Part shown: in pieces, positions 22,256-32,100 of the stretch | Position numbering within the stretch: the first letter of the stretch is position 1 | How the letters are laid out: the number at the start of each line of letters is the position of its first letter | Source of the DNA: Polyangiales bacterium | GTDB taxonomy: Bacteria; Myxococcota_A; Polyangia; Polyangiales; JADJQN01 | NCBI GenBank assembly: GCA_964202905.1 | Contig: CAXNJO010000001.1 | Span: forward strand, 672,001-736,000 | Length of the DNA stretch: 64,000 nt | Direction of reading: 5' to 3' | Position numbers and translations under genes: made by a program | The notes under the pieces: generated by a model | Told to the model about the DNA's origin: nothing | Database searches by the model: none | Seen by the model: only the letters and a program-made list of their open reading frames with translations

Positions 22256-23074
22256 GTGCGCGTCAACCTCCGGAAGGTGCTCTTCATCCTTCCCAACCTC
22301 TTCACGCTCTCGAGCATCTTCTGCGGCTTCTACGCGGCGGTGCTCTGCCTCGGCGCGGGCGACGGGAGCCTCCCGACGGCGGACGACTTCCACCGCGCCG
22401 CGCTGCTCATCGTGTTCGCGATGTTCTTCGACGCGATGGACGGCCGCGTCGCGCGCCTGACGAAGACGCAGAGCGCCTTCGGCGTGCAGATTGACTCGCT
22501 CGCCGATCTGTCGTCGTTCGGCGTCGCGCCCGCGCTGCTCGTGTACCGCTGGTCGCTCGCGCCGCTCGGCGGGCTCGGTGTCGCGGCGGCGTTCGGCTTC
22601 CTCGCGTGCGCGGCCATCCGCCTCGCGCGCTTCAACGTGCTCGCGATGACGGAGTCGGGCGCGCCGAAGAAGGCGTCCGCCTTCTTCGCGGGTCTGCCGA
22701 CGCCGGGCGCCGCGGGGATCGTCGTCTCGCTGATCGTCGCCGACCACGCGCGCGCCGGGGCGCTGCCGGGCCCGGGCAGCCCGGGGCTGATGCTCGCCGT
22801 GGTGATCGTCGTCTCGCTGCTCATGGTCAGCAGCCTGCCGTTCCGCTCGTTCAAGGATGTGAAGGCGGGCCCGCCGGCGTTCCTGTTCGCGGGCGCGACG
22901 CTCGCCTCGACGGTCGCGGTCGGCGTGCTCGTGCACCCGGCCTTCGCCCTCGCCTGGCTGCTCGGCGGCTACGTCATGCTCGCGCTGGTCGAGGGCACGC
23001 TGCAGCTCTCGCGTCGCGTCTCCCGCCGTGACGCCCGCCGTGCCCGCGTCTTCGCGCGTCGCGACGCGGAGTAA
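22256..23074 (+). CDS. pssA: CDP-diacylglycerol--serine O-phosphatidyltransferase
   Basis: LPNLFT, DAMDGRVAR…S.FG.QIDSLAD.SSFGVAP (CDP-alcohol motif), RLARFN and F.GLP.P. GAGGAG RBS before the GTG at 22256. Confidence 0.92.
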   Translation: MRVNLRKVLFILPNLFTLSSIFCGFYAAVLCLGAGDGSLPTADDFHRAALLIVFAMFFDAMDGRVARLTKTQSAFGVQIDSLADLSSFGVAPALLVYRWSLAPLGGLGVAAAFGFLACAAIRLARFNVLAMTESGAPKKASAFFAGLPTPGAAGIVVSLIVADHARAGALPGPGSPGLMLAVVIVVSLLMVSSLPFRSFKDVKAGPPAFLFAGATLASTVAVGVLVHPAFALAWLLGGYVMLALVEGTLQLSRRVSRRDARRARVFARRDAE

Positions 23075-23078
23075 CGCA

Positions 23079-23663
23079 GTGTCCGCGCCCCGTGCCACGC
23101 CGCGCCTCGCGCGCATCGGCCTGCTCGCCGCGCTCGCGTGCGCGCCCGCATGCGGCGACGACGGGGGACCGACGCCCGACGCGCTGCTCGCGAAGAGCTG
23201 CGCGGGCGAGCGGCTCGATGTGTGCGAGCCGTACGCCTACGCGGTCGCGACGGGCGGCAGCCTCACGCCCGAGCGGCTGCGCGTCGGGGATCTGCTCGCC
23301 GACGGGCGCATGCAGGCGACGTATCGGAGCTGCGGCGCGTCGGCGCCCGCGCGGCACCGCATCCGCGTCGACGCGGTGACGACGGTGGTCGCGCCCGACG
23401 CGGGGCCGAGCGAGCGCGCGTTCTTTCTGCTCGAGACGGAGGACACCGACGGCGACGGCGCGGTCGACGTGACCGTGCCCAACCCGTTCGACACGGGCTT
23501 CCCCGCGTCCACGCGCCTCACGCTGCGTTTCACGCCCCGCGTCGACGTGCCCGTCACGCTGCCCGACGGCACGGTCACCACGCGATCGTGCGAGGGCGCC
23601 GTGTTCTCGGTGCCGTACACGACCGGCGAGCGTTACCGCGTCGTGCGCGACGGCGGGGTCTGA
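23079..23663 (+). CDS. Putative lipoprotein
   Basis: Signal with LACAPA-C-GDDG, a DTDGDG Ca-binding-like motif and several Cys. Confidence 0.65.
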   Translation: MSAPRATPRLARIGLLAALACAPACGDDGGPTPDALLAKSCAGERLDVCEPYAYAVATGGSLTPERLRVGDLLADGRMQATYRSCGASAPARHRIRVDAVTTVVAPDAGPSERAFFLLETEDTDGDGAVDVTVPNPFDTGFPASTRLTLRFTPRVDVPVTLPDGTVTTRSCEGAVFSVPYTTGERYRVVRDGGV

Positions 23664-23712
23664 GCGGGGCCGTCGAGCGCGGCGTGCTCCGGCGCCGTGA
23701 CTGAACCGTCAT

Positions 23713-25404
23713 TCAGTCGCGCGCGGCGCGGCGCGCGTGCGCGGGGTTCTCGTAGACGGTGACGATCGGCACGCCGTCGTAGGTCAGCACGTGCACTGGC
23801 GCGACGGCGCCGAAGGCGATCCACGCCTGCATCTCGACCTCGGCGAAGTGCTTCTCGTGGTGCACGAGCACGAAGTCGGCGCGCGCGAGGTCGGGCGTCG
23901 CGCGGATGTTCTCGGGGAGCAGGCCGTCACGCTGGAGCATGCGCCACGCGCCCCAGGTGGTGTCGCAGATCCACACGGTGCCGCCCTCGGGCATCCGCTC
24001 ACGCAGCCACGGGACGAGGCTGCCCGTCGTGAAGCCCCAGAACTGGCGGTTCATCCCGTGCGTCGCGGCGCCGGGCACGCCGCCCGCGAGCATCCCGTAG
24101 TGGGAGAGGCCGAAGGGGTGGCTGTGTGCGGTCTCCGCGAAGGCGGGCGCGAGCAGCAGCAGGCCGAGCGCGACGCGCAGCGCGTGGCGCTGCCACGGGG
24201 TGCGACGTCGTGCGACCACGACCAGCGCGCGCGCCGTGTACGCGAAGCCCACACCCGCGAAGAGCGCGAGGAAGGGATAGGCGGGGAACCAGTGCTTGGT
24301 ACCACCGAAGATGGGGGTCGACGGCAGCGCGATCACGACGAGCGGCTGCAGCAGCGCGCCGACGAAGAGGACATCCGTCGCGCGGCGATCGGCGCGGGCC
24401 TCCGCGAAGAGCGGCAGGCGTACGGAGAGCGCGCGCGGCAGCAGCGTGCGCGCGCGGCGCACGAGCGCGCCGAGCGCGAGCACCAGTGTCGTGACGGGCA
24501 CGGTGAAGGCCGTCATCACGAACGGGTAGCCGATGGGGAAGGGCGGCCGGTAGTGGTTCCGGCCGAAGTACTCCATGTTGTAGTACTCGTGGTGCAGGTG
24601 GAACGCGGCGTATTCCTGAAAACGCTGCGCGGTCTGGTGCCAGAGCCACGGCCAACTCCCCACGAAGATCGCCGGCCCGAGCACCGCCATCGCGAGCAGC
24701 CACCACGGCACGAGCGACACCGCGCGCGCGTGCCCGCGGCGCCGCGCCTGCAGCTCGCCCACGACGCACCACACCCAGTGGATGAGCAACACGCCCGGCA
24801 GCAGCCACGCGTTGTGCTTCGTCGCGAGCGCGAGCCCGTACGCGAGGCCCGCGGCGAGGGCCCAGCGCGGCTGCGTGAGCGAGCGCCAGTACGCGTAGGT
24901 GACGAGCGTCAGGAAGAACGTGATCGGGACGTCGAAGCAGTCGAGGTGCGCGTGATAGAAGACGCGCGGCAGCAGCGCGAGCGCGCCCGCCGCGAAGAGC
25001 CCCGCCGTGCGCCCGACGCTGCGCGCGCCGAAGACGTAGACGAGCCAGAGCAGCAGCCCCGCCGTCAGCATCCCGGGGAAGCGGAACGCCAGCGAGTCGC
25101 TCGGGAAGACGTGCCACGTCTGCTGCGCGAGCCACGACAGCGCGAACGCCGTCTTCATCAGCGCGGGGTGCTCGTGGTTGTAGGACCAGCCGCGGTCGAT
25201 GGCCTCGGGGAGCATCGCGGCTGCTGGCTCACGCGCGAGCTGCTCGAGCCAGCGCGCGTAGGACTCGGCGGCGTCGACGTAGAAGGCTTCGTCGCGGGCC
25301 ATCGCGAGATCCCCCGCGGTCGCGACGAGCACCGCGACGTACGCGGCGCAGAGCGCGAGCCCGAGCGCGTGATCGCGCCAGCCGACGGGGCGCTGCGCGA
25401 TCAT
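23713..25404 (-). CDS. GT-C fold glycosyltransferase (ArnT/PMT, GT39/83-like)
   Basis: MIAQRP start. RDE..Y after TM1, EHPALMK, LAFRFPG, D.P..FF and GLALATKHN in a polytopic protein. Confidence 0.85.
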   Translation of the reverse strand: MIAQRPVGWRDHALGLALCAAYVAVLVATAGDLAMARDEAFYVDAAESYARWLEQLAREPAAAMLPEAIDRGWSYNHEHPALMKTAFALSWLAQQTWHVFPSDSLAFRFPGMLTAGLLLWLVYVFGARSVGRTAGLFAAGALALLPRVFYHAHLDCFDVPITFFLTLVTYAYWRSLTQPRWALAAGLAYGLALATKHNAWLLPGVLLIHWVWCVVGELQARRRGHARAVSLVPWWLLAMAVLGPAIFVGSWPWLWHQTAQRFQEYAAFHLHHEYYNMEYFGRNHYRPPFPIGYPFVMTAFTVPVTTLVLALGALVRRARTLLPRALSVRLPLFAEARADRRATDVLFVGALLQPLVVIALPSTPIFGGTKHWFPAYPFLALFAGVGFAYTARALVVVARRRTPWQRHALRVALGLLLLAPAFAETAHSHPFGLSHYGMLAGGVPGAATHGMNRQFWGFTTGSLVPWLRERMPEGGTVWICDTTWGAWRMLQRDGLLPENIRATPDLARADFVLVHHEKHFAEVEMQAWIAFGAVAPVHVLTYDGVPIVTVYENPAHARRAARD

Positions 25405-26471
25405 GGGGCGCTCCGCGGGCGGCGTGGGCCCTCTTGCGTCTGCGCGGCCCAGCAGAAGGTGCGCAGGTGCGGGTTCTCGGCGCTCACCTCGATCGCGACG
25501 TCGCCGCGCGTGCCGGGCTGCGTGGCCGTCGTGACCTCCATGCGCTTCCAGCCGTCGAGATCGCGGTGCGTCATGCGCCCCGCGACGCGCCCATCGACCT
25601 TCACGACGACGTCGATCGGGCCGTGTTCGCCCATGCGCTCGTGCTCCGAATACGGGCCTCCGTAGAGGACGAGGCGCGTGCCGAGCGGCACGTCGCGGAA
25701 CGTCGCGCGGATGGGCTCGCGGCCCTGCGGGTGCTGATACACGCAGTGACGCGCTTCGAGCGCGAGGTCCTCCTGCACGGTCGCCGCGACCCAGAGCCAC
25801 GGCCGCCGCGGATCGCAGACGAAGCGCTCCGCCGGCGTCGCCGCGCCGCCGCCGAGCCCACCCGCCTGCACGACACCGCCACGCCAGGGGCAGGGCAGCG
25901 CGGCCTCGCTCTCGACGCGCTCGACCACGGCCTCGCGGACGTGGGCGACGAGGTCGTGTCGCACGGGGGAGGCGCCGAGATCCCAGCGCAGCACGCGGAC
26001 CCGCCCGAAAACCCTTTGAAAATCGGGCTCTCTCGCGGGTGCTCCGCGCGGGCGCTCGCCGCGGATCGAGAGCGCCCACAGCCGCGTGAAGGCGTCCGTG
26101 TCGCTGTGCCCCGCCTGCGCGAGCGTGATGCGGTCGCCGAGCACGAGGCGCAGCAGCGGATCCGTCCATGCGGGCGCCGACACCACGAGATCACCCGGCT
26201 GCTCCGCGCGCCGCACGAAGTCGGCCGCGGCGCGCCAGTCCTCGAGCGGCGGGACGCGTGACACCGTGAGCGTGAGCGAGGTGAGCTCGACGGCCGCGAG
26301 CAGCGGCAGGAGCAGCCAATAGTGTTTGAGCCGCGCGCGCCACACGCCCGCGCGCGAGGCCTCTTCCGGCGTGACGGGCCGCGAGCGTGGCGGCGTGTCC
26401 GGTCCGGGGGCGCGCGCAGCGGTGGGCGCCGTGCTCGGCGATGCGCCCGGGGTCGTCGGGTCGGTGGTCAC
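25401..26471 (-). CDS. Membrane-anchored periplasmic/extracellular protein of unknown function, translationally coupled to the GT-C gene
   Basis: One TM (HYWLLLPLLAAVELTSL), DWRAAADFVR…PGDLVV, and a Cys-containing beta-sandwich-like C-terminus. Its TGA overlaps the ATG of the next gene. Start is approximate. Confidence 0.65.
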   Translation of the reverse strand: MTTDPTTPGASPSTAPTAARAPGPDTPPRSRPVTPEEASRAGVWRARLKHYWLLLPLLAAVELTSLTLTVSRVPPLEDWRAAADFVRRAEQPGDLVVSAPAWTDPLLRLVLGDRITLAQAGHSDTDAFTRLWALSIRGERPRGAPAREPDFQRVFGRVRVLRWDLGASPVRHDLVAHVREAVVERVESEAALPCPWRGGVVQAGGLGGGAATPAERFVCDPRRPWLWVAATVQEDLALEARHCVYQHPQGREPIRATFRDVPLGTRLVLYGGPYSEHERMGEHGPIDVVVKVDGRVAGRMTHRDLDGWKRMEVTTATQPGTRGDVAIEVSAENPHLRTFCWAAQTQEGPRRPRSAP

Positions 26472-26556
26472 GCGGACGGGCGATGGTAGAGGCGCGCTCC
26501 GCGCTGTCAAACGCGCGGCGCGGCTCTCTTGCCGCGCGCGACGGCGGGCGGCTACG

Positions 26557-27891
26557 ATGGCCGAGATGCACTTTCTTTCGTCGCTACGCCGGGATCCGTC
26601 CGCTTGCCTCGCGCGCTCGCTGCTGGCCGGGTCGCTGCTCGCCGGTTCCTTCGGGCTCGGGGCCTGCGGCGACGACGACACGCGCCCCCCGGCGCCGCCC
26701 CCACGCGACATGGACATCACGTTCGACGCCGGTGACGGGGGCATGCTGGACGGGGACGTCGGCGACGCGGGCGGCGGCGACGGCGGCACGGTGGCGGACG
26801 GCGGCACGGGCGCCTGCCGCGTCGAGGGCGACATCCTCACGCTCGCGACGGATGTCGTCGATCGGAGCGTGCGCGCCCCGGACGTCGCGGTGAGCGGCTC
26901 GACCTTCGCGATCGTGTGGACCGACGCGCGCAGCGGCGTCGCGGACGCGTTCGTGTACGCGTGGCCGGCCGCGGCCGCGTCGGGCACCGAGGTGCGCCTG
27001 ACCGACGACTTCTCGCCGACGCGCGACGTGCGCATCGCAGGACGCACGGATGGCTTCGCGGTGGGCTGGATCGACAACAGCCTCGGCTCGTTCGAGTTGC
27101 TCGCGCGGTCGCTCAGCGCGGAGGGCGCGATCGACGACCCGATCCAGCGGATCACCAACAACATGCAGCGCGAGGACTCGCCCTCGCTCGCGCAGCTCGC
27201 CGATGGCTCGGCGATGGTGGCCTGGCTCGAGTCCGACGGACTCGGCAGCCCGGCGACGTCGCGTGCGGTGCCGCTCGACGTCGTGGCCCGCGCGGTCGGG
27301 ACCCCGGCCATGCCCGTCGTGCCCCCGAGCCTGCCTGCGGATCCGCGGCTCGGGCGCCTCGGAGACGGTGCGGCGCTCGGCTGGACGGAAGCCGGCACCG
27401 TGTACGTCCAGCCGCTCACGCCGACGGGCGCGGCCCGCGGTGCGGCGACGACGATCAACACCGAGGGGAACGCGAGCACCTCGCCGTCGCTCGCGCTCGG
27501 CGACACGGGCGGCGGTGTCGCGTTCGGCGTGCTCGTCGCGGGCGCGCGCCAGGAGATCCGCATGCGCACGGTCGACGCGTCGGGGGTGCCCGATGGCCCG
27601 GAGGCCATCCTCACGCCGCCGCCGAGTCGCGGCACCGACCCCAAGATCGCCACGTTCGCCACCGGCTACGCCGTCGCGTACCGCACCAACGAGGGCAGCG
27701 GCAGCATCCGCCTCGCGTTCGCGACCGCCCTCGGTGAGTTGTCGAGCACCCTCGAGGTGGCCACCACGGCGTCGTCGCTCGGGAGCGGGCCCGGGCTCGC
27801 GGTCGCCCCGGACGGCCGCATGGTGCTCGCCTGGCTCGAGACCGACACCGTGACCGCGACCGTGCGCGCGGCGAAGGTGGTCTGCGAATGA
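26557..27891 (+). CDS. Lipoprotein with a D/G-rich linker and a probable beta-propeller
   Basis: Lipobox GLGA-C-GDDD and about 7 repeats of P.(L/V)A….(F/Y).(V/I)(A/V)W/Y, typical of propeller blades. Confidence 0.7.
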   Translation: MAEMHFLSSLRRDPSACLARSLLAGSLLAGSFGLGACGDDDTRPPAPPPRDMDITFDAGDGGMLDGDVGDAGGGDGGTVADGGTGACRVEGDILTLATDVVDRSVRAPDVAVSGSTFAIVWTDARSGVADAFVYAWPAAAASGTEVRLTDDFSPTRDVRIAGRTDGFAVGWIDNSLGSFELLARSLSAEGAIDDPIQRITNNMQREDSPSLAQLADGSAMVAWLESDGLGSPATSRAVPLDVVARAVGTPAMPVVPPSLPADPRLGRLGDGAALGWTEAGTVYVQPLTPTGAARGAATTINTEGNASTSPSLALGDTGGGVAFGVLVAGARQEIRMRTVDASGVPDGPEAILTPPPSRGTDPKIATFATGYAVAYRTNEGSGSIRLAFATALGELSSTLEVATTASSLGSGPGLAVAPDGRMVLAWLETDTVTATVRAAKVVCE

Positions 27892-29045
27892 CGCCGAATC
27901 GAGGCGCACTCTTGCGCGTCGCGTCGCTCGTCGTGGTCGCTCTTCTCGTCGGGGCGTGCGGCGACGACGGGCGACCGCCGACCCCACCGCCGGTGGATTT
28001 CGGCCTCGACGCATCGCGTGACGCCGGCGCATCCGACGCCGCGTCGTCCGACGGCGACGTTCCGCTGCCCGACGGCGAGCTCCTCGACGCCGCCCCACCG
28101 CCTGACGGCGAGGCGCCCGCGGACGCCGCCCCGCTGCTCGACGGCGAGGTACCCCCCGACGGCGAGGTGCCCCCCGACGCCGACGCGATCTTCGACGCGG
28201 GCGCGGAGTCCGATGGCGAGGTGCCTTTCGACGCCGATCTGTTGACCGACTTCGGCCCGCCCGGCTTGCCCGAGGGAGGGCCCCCGAGCACGTGCTTCGA
28301 CGACGGTGGCGTGTTCGACTCGTGTCGCTGCGAGCGGTTCGGTCCGGCGTGCGGCGCCTCGTCCGATCCGTCTTGCGCCGGCGGAGAGGCGTGTGTCGAC
28401 ACGGGTTGCGGCTTCGCGACCTGCCTGCCGACCGGCAGCACCTGCGTGGGCGACGCCGACTGCACGCCCGGCGCGACGTGCGTGGCGGGCAGCGGCGGGC
28501 TCGGCCGCTGCGCGCCGAGCACGCCGGATTGCGTCGACTCCCGGGATTGCCCGCTCGGCTACGCCTGCGAGCTCTCGCCCTCCGGCCGCTCTTGCGTGAA
28601 TCGCCGCATCCGCTGTGGTCCCGTGCAGCCTTGTCCGAACGGCTTCGAGTGCAGGCCCGCCGAAGGCATGGTCTTCGTCTGCGCCCCGGTGCACCGGCGG
28701 TGCAGCGACCCCGGCGCGTGTCCGGCCCGTCGCTGCCTCGACGTCGATCTCGACGGGCGAACGGAGTGCACCCACACCGGCGAATGTGTCAGCAACCTCT
28801 TGTGCGCCGACGACCTCGTGTGTGGCTTCGACCCGGACCGCGTCGCCATGGTCTGCGGACGGTTCGGTCCGTGTGAGCGCGAGTCGGACTGCGTCGCGGG
28901 CTTCACGTGCCTCGACGTCTGGGGCGATGGAATCAAGCAGTGCGAGCCCGAGGGCGGCTCCTGCGCGGCCGGTACCTGCCCCGCCCGGCAGGTCTGCGGG
29001 AGCCTCCTCTCGGGGGGGCCCCCACAGTGCCTCTCGTTTCTGTGA
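27888..29045 (+). CDS. Cys-rich lipoprotein (Pro/Asp linker plus C..D.DC..G..C repeats)
   Basis: Lipobox LVGA-C-GDDG, PDGE repeats and a Cys-dense C-terminal half. ATGA overlap with the upstream gene. Confidence 0.75.
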   Translation: MTPNRGALLRVASLVVVALLVGACGDDGRPPTPPPVDFGLDASRDAGASDAASSDGDVPLPDGELLDAAPPPDGEAPADAAPLLDGEVPPDGEVPPDADAIFDAGAESDGEVPFDADLLTDFGPPGLPEGGPPSTCFDDGGVFDSCRCERFGPACGASSDPSCAGGEACVDTGCGFATCLPTGSTCVGDADCTPGATCVAGSGGLGRCAPSTPDCVDSRDCPLGYACELSPSGRSCVNRRIRCGPVQPCPNGFECRPAEGMVFVCAPVHRRCSDPGACPARRCLDVDLDGRTECTHTGECVSNLLCADDLVCGFDPDRVAMVCGRFGPCERESDCVAGFTCLDVWGDGIKQCEPEGGSCAAGTCPARQVCGSLLSGGPPQCLSFL

Positions 29046-29176
29046 CCCCGCACTTTTTTCACAACCCCGCAACGATGCACCGCTGAGGTCTGCGTCGTTC
29101 GGTTGATTCTTCTTTGATTTCGATAGCATCAGCCCCGGCCCGAGGGTTGCACAGCCACCGCCCCGCGAGGACTCTC

Positions 29177-32100
29177 ATGCGCACACGCTGGCTCATCCTG
29201 CTCACGCTCACGGCGACCGCACTGACCGCGTGTTCCGAAGAGGACACCCCGGGTGCGGCGTCGTCGGCGCTCGACGGTGGCGTGATCCCGCCCTGCACGG
29301 ACGGCGACGGCGACGGCTTCGGCCTCGGCTGCGCGGCGGGTCTCGACTGCGACGACGCCGACCCGTCGAGCACCAACGAGTGTCGCAATTGTGCCTCACC
29401 CGAGACGGGCTGCGCGTGCGACGGCAGCGTCCTCGAGGAGACCTGCTACCTCGACCCGGTCGACGTCGGCGGGCGCTCGATGTGCCACTCGGGCACCCGC
29501 TTCTGCCGCGACGGAGCGTGGACCTCGTGCCTCCAGCTCGAGCGCTACGAGCTCTCGGGCAACCTGGCCGGCGCGGCCAGCGCCGCGCTCGTCACGGGCC
29601 CCGTCCCCTGCAACCCCTGCAACCCGTCCTGCTACTCGACGACGGATACCCCCGGTCCGTCCGACGTGACCACCGGCGGCACCGGCGTCGTCTACACCGC
29701 CACCCCCGGCGGTGTGACGCTCCCGATGGGCGGAACCACGACCGGCACGCTGCCCGACGCGGACGGCGATGGCGTCCCCGACCTCTACGACTCGGCCCCA
29801 ACGAACCCGGCGATCACCGGCTTCGAGGGCGGCTTCTTCCACGTGCTGCCCTACGGCGGCGCCGCGGTCGATCCCCTCTACCTCATGGTGCGCGTCCGGA
29901 CGGCGGACGTGTACTTCCTCATGGACACCACCGGGTCCATGGGGGGTGAGATCGACAACCTCAAGGCGACGCTCAACACCACGATCATCCCGTCGATCCG
30001 CACGACGATCCCGGATGCGTGGTTCGGCGTCGGTCGCCACGACGACTACCCTGTCAACGGTTACGGCGCGGAGTACTACTGCGACCCTTGGGGTTGCGCC
30101 TACATCGGCGACACGGTCTATCAGAACCTGGCCAACATCACCGACACGGCGACGGGGGGCGGCGCGACGACGGTCACCAACGCGGTGAACGCGCTCTACA
30201 CGCGCTGGGGCAACGACCTGCCGGAGTCGCAGATCCCCGCGCTCTACGCGATCGCGACGGGCTCGGCGCTCGGCCCTTATCTCCCGGGTTCGACGTGCGC
30301 GGGCAGCCGCTTCGGCTACCCGTGTTTTCGCCCCGGCACCGTGCCGATCATCATCCTCTTCACGGACGCGCCCTTCCACAACGGCCCGCCCGTCACAGGA
30401 ACGGCGACGACGGGCTTCGCCACCGGCACCGCGACGAACGGCGCCGCGCTCGAGATGGGCACCGCCACGCCCGACCCGCGGGTGAACGGGACCGCCAGCG
30501 CCTCGGCCAGCGTCACGGGCACCGCTTCGCTCGACCCGCGCGAGCCTGGCACGGCCACGCCGGCCCCGCGCACGAGCGGCACGGCCACCGCCTCGCGTGA
30601 GACCGGCACCGCGACGAACTACGCGCGCACGACGGGCACCGCGACGAACCAGGTGCCGCTCACGGGCACGCCGACGGCCTTCCCGGGCACCGCGGGCACG
30701 GCGACGGCGTCGGTCACGACGGGCACCGCGACCAACTACCCGCGCATCAGCGGTCTCGCGACGGCCGAGCCGGTCGTCAACGGCACCGCGACGCTGTACG
30801 CGCGGACGACGGGCACCGCGGACAACGCGCGCGTGACGGGCACGGCGACGCAGTATGTGCGGACGACGGGCACCGCGACGAACCAGGTGCCGCTCACGGG
30901 CACGCCGACGGCCTTCCCGGGCACCGCGGGCACGGCGACGGCGTCGGTCACGACGGGCACCGCGACCAACTACCCGCGCATCAGCGGTCTCGCGACGACC
31001 GAGCCGGTCGTCAACGGCACGGCGACGCAGTACGCGCGGACGACGGGCACGGCGGACAACGCGCGCGTGACGGGCACGGCGACGCAGTATGTGCGGACGA
31101 CGGGCACCGCGACGAACCAGGTGCCGCTCACGGGCACGCCGACGGCCTTCCCGGGCACCGCGGGCACGGCGACGGCGTCCGTCACGACGGGCACCGCGAC
31201 CAACTACCCGCGCATCAGCGGTCTCGCGACCGCCGAGCCGATCGTGACGGGCACGGCGACGCAGTACGCGCGGACGACGGGCACCGCGGACAGCCCGCGC
31301 GTGACGGGCACGGCGACGCAGTACGTGAGGACGACCAGCCTCGCCTCCAACCAGCCCGTCGTCACCGGCACGCCCAGCCCGTACCCTGCCACGCTCGGCA
31401 CCGCGTCGAACTCCGTCACCACCGGCACGGCGGTCGCGTCGCCGCGCATCACGGGCATCGCCAGCAACGAGCCCCGCGTGACGGGCACGCCCACGGCCTA
31501 CCCGCGCACCTTCGGGACGGCGACGAACTCGATCCACACGGGCACGGCCTCCGCCTACCCGCGTACGACGAGCACGGCCTCGAACTACCGCGAGACGGGC
31601 ACGGCGACGGCCTATCCGCTCACGACGAGCACGGCGTCGAATCTGGTTCCCGTCGTCACCGGTACGGCGACCCTGGCCGTGGTCACCGGGACGGCGACCG
31701 CTCGATCCACTTTCGTCCGGAACGGGCTGAACGACACGTCGCCGGACTGGGCGTGGACTACCAACCAGTTCGTCGGTGACGTCATTCAGGTGTTTGCGGG
31801 TACGGGCAGGGGCGAGAACCGGGTCATCTCGTCGCACGCCGACAGGTCGTTCACGATGTCGAGCAACTGGCGGAACCGTCCAACGACGGGCAGCTTTTAT
31901 CGCGTCGTTCCGAAGGCGGCTGACGACAATCTCTACGACCTCGCCAAGGTTTGGACGACCAATCAGTTCGTCGGGTACACGGTCACGATCACGAGCGGCA
32001 CGGGCATCGGGCAGACGCGTCTGATCACGGCGAACAACGTGAAGAGCCTCACGGTCTCGCCTGCGTGGACGACGACGCCGAGCACGACCAGCGGCTATGC

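Noticed and set aside
25401..27662. 753-aa minus-strand ORF as one protein
   Set aside because: Its N-terminal ~400 aa are antisense to the lipoprotein at 26557-27891. Only 25401-26471 looks coding.
30392..31703. Ice-binding/antifreeze TxT solenoid or simple mucin-like linker
   Set aside because: Not excluded, but unit length is irregular (8-11 aa), and the count and period match to the downstream modules favour strand complementation.
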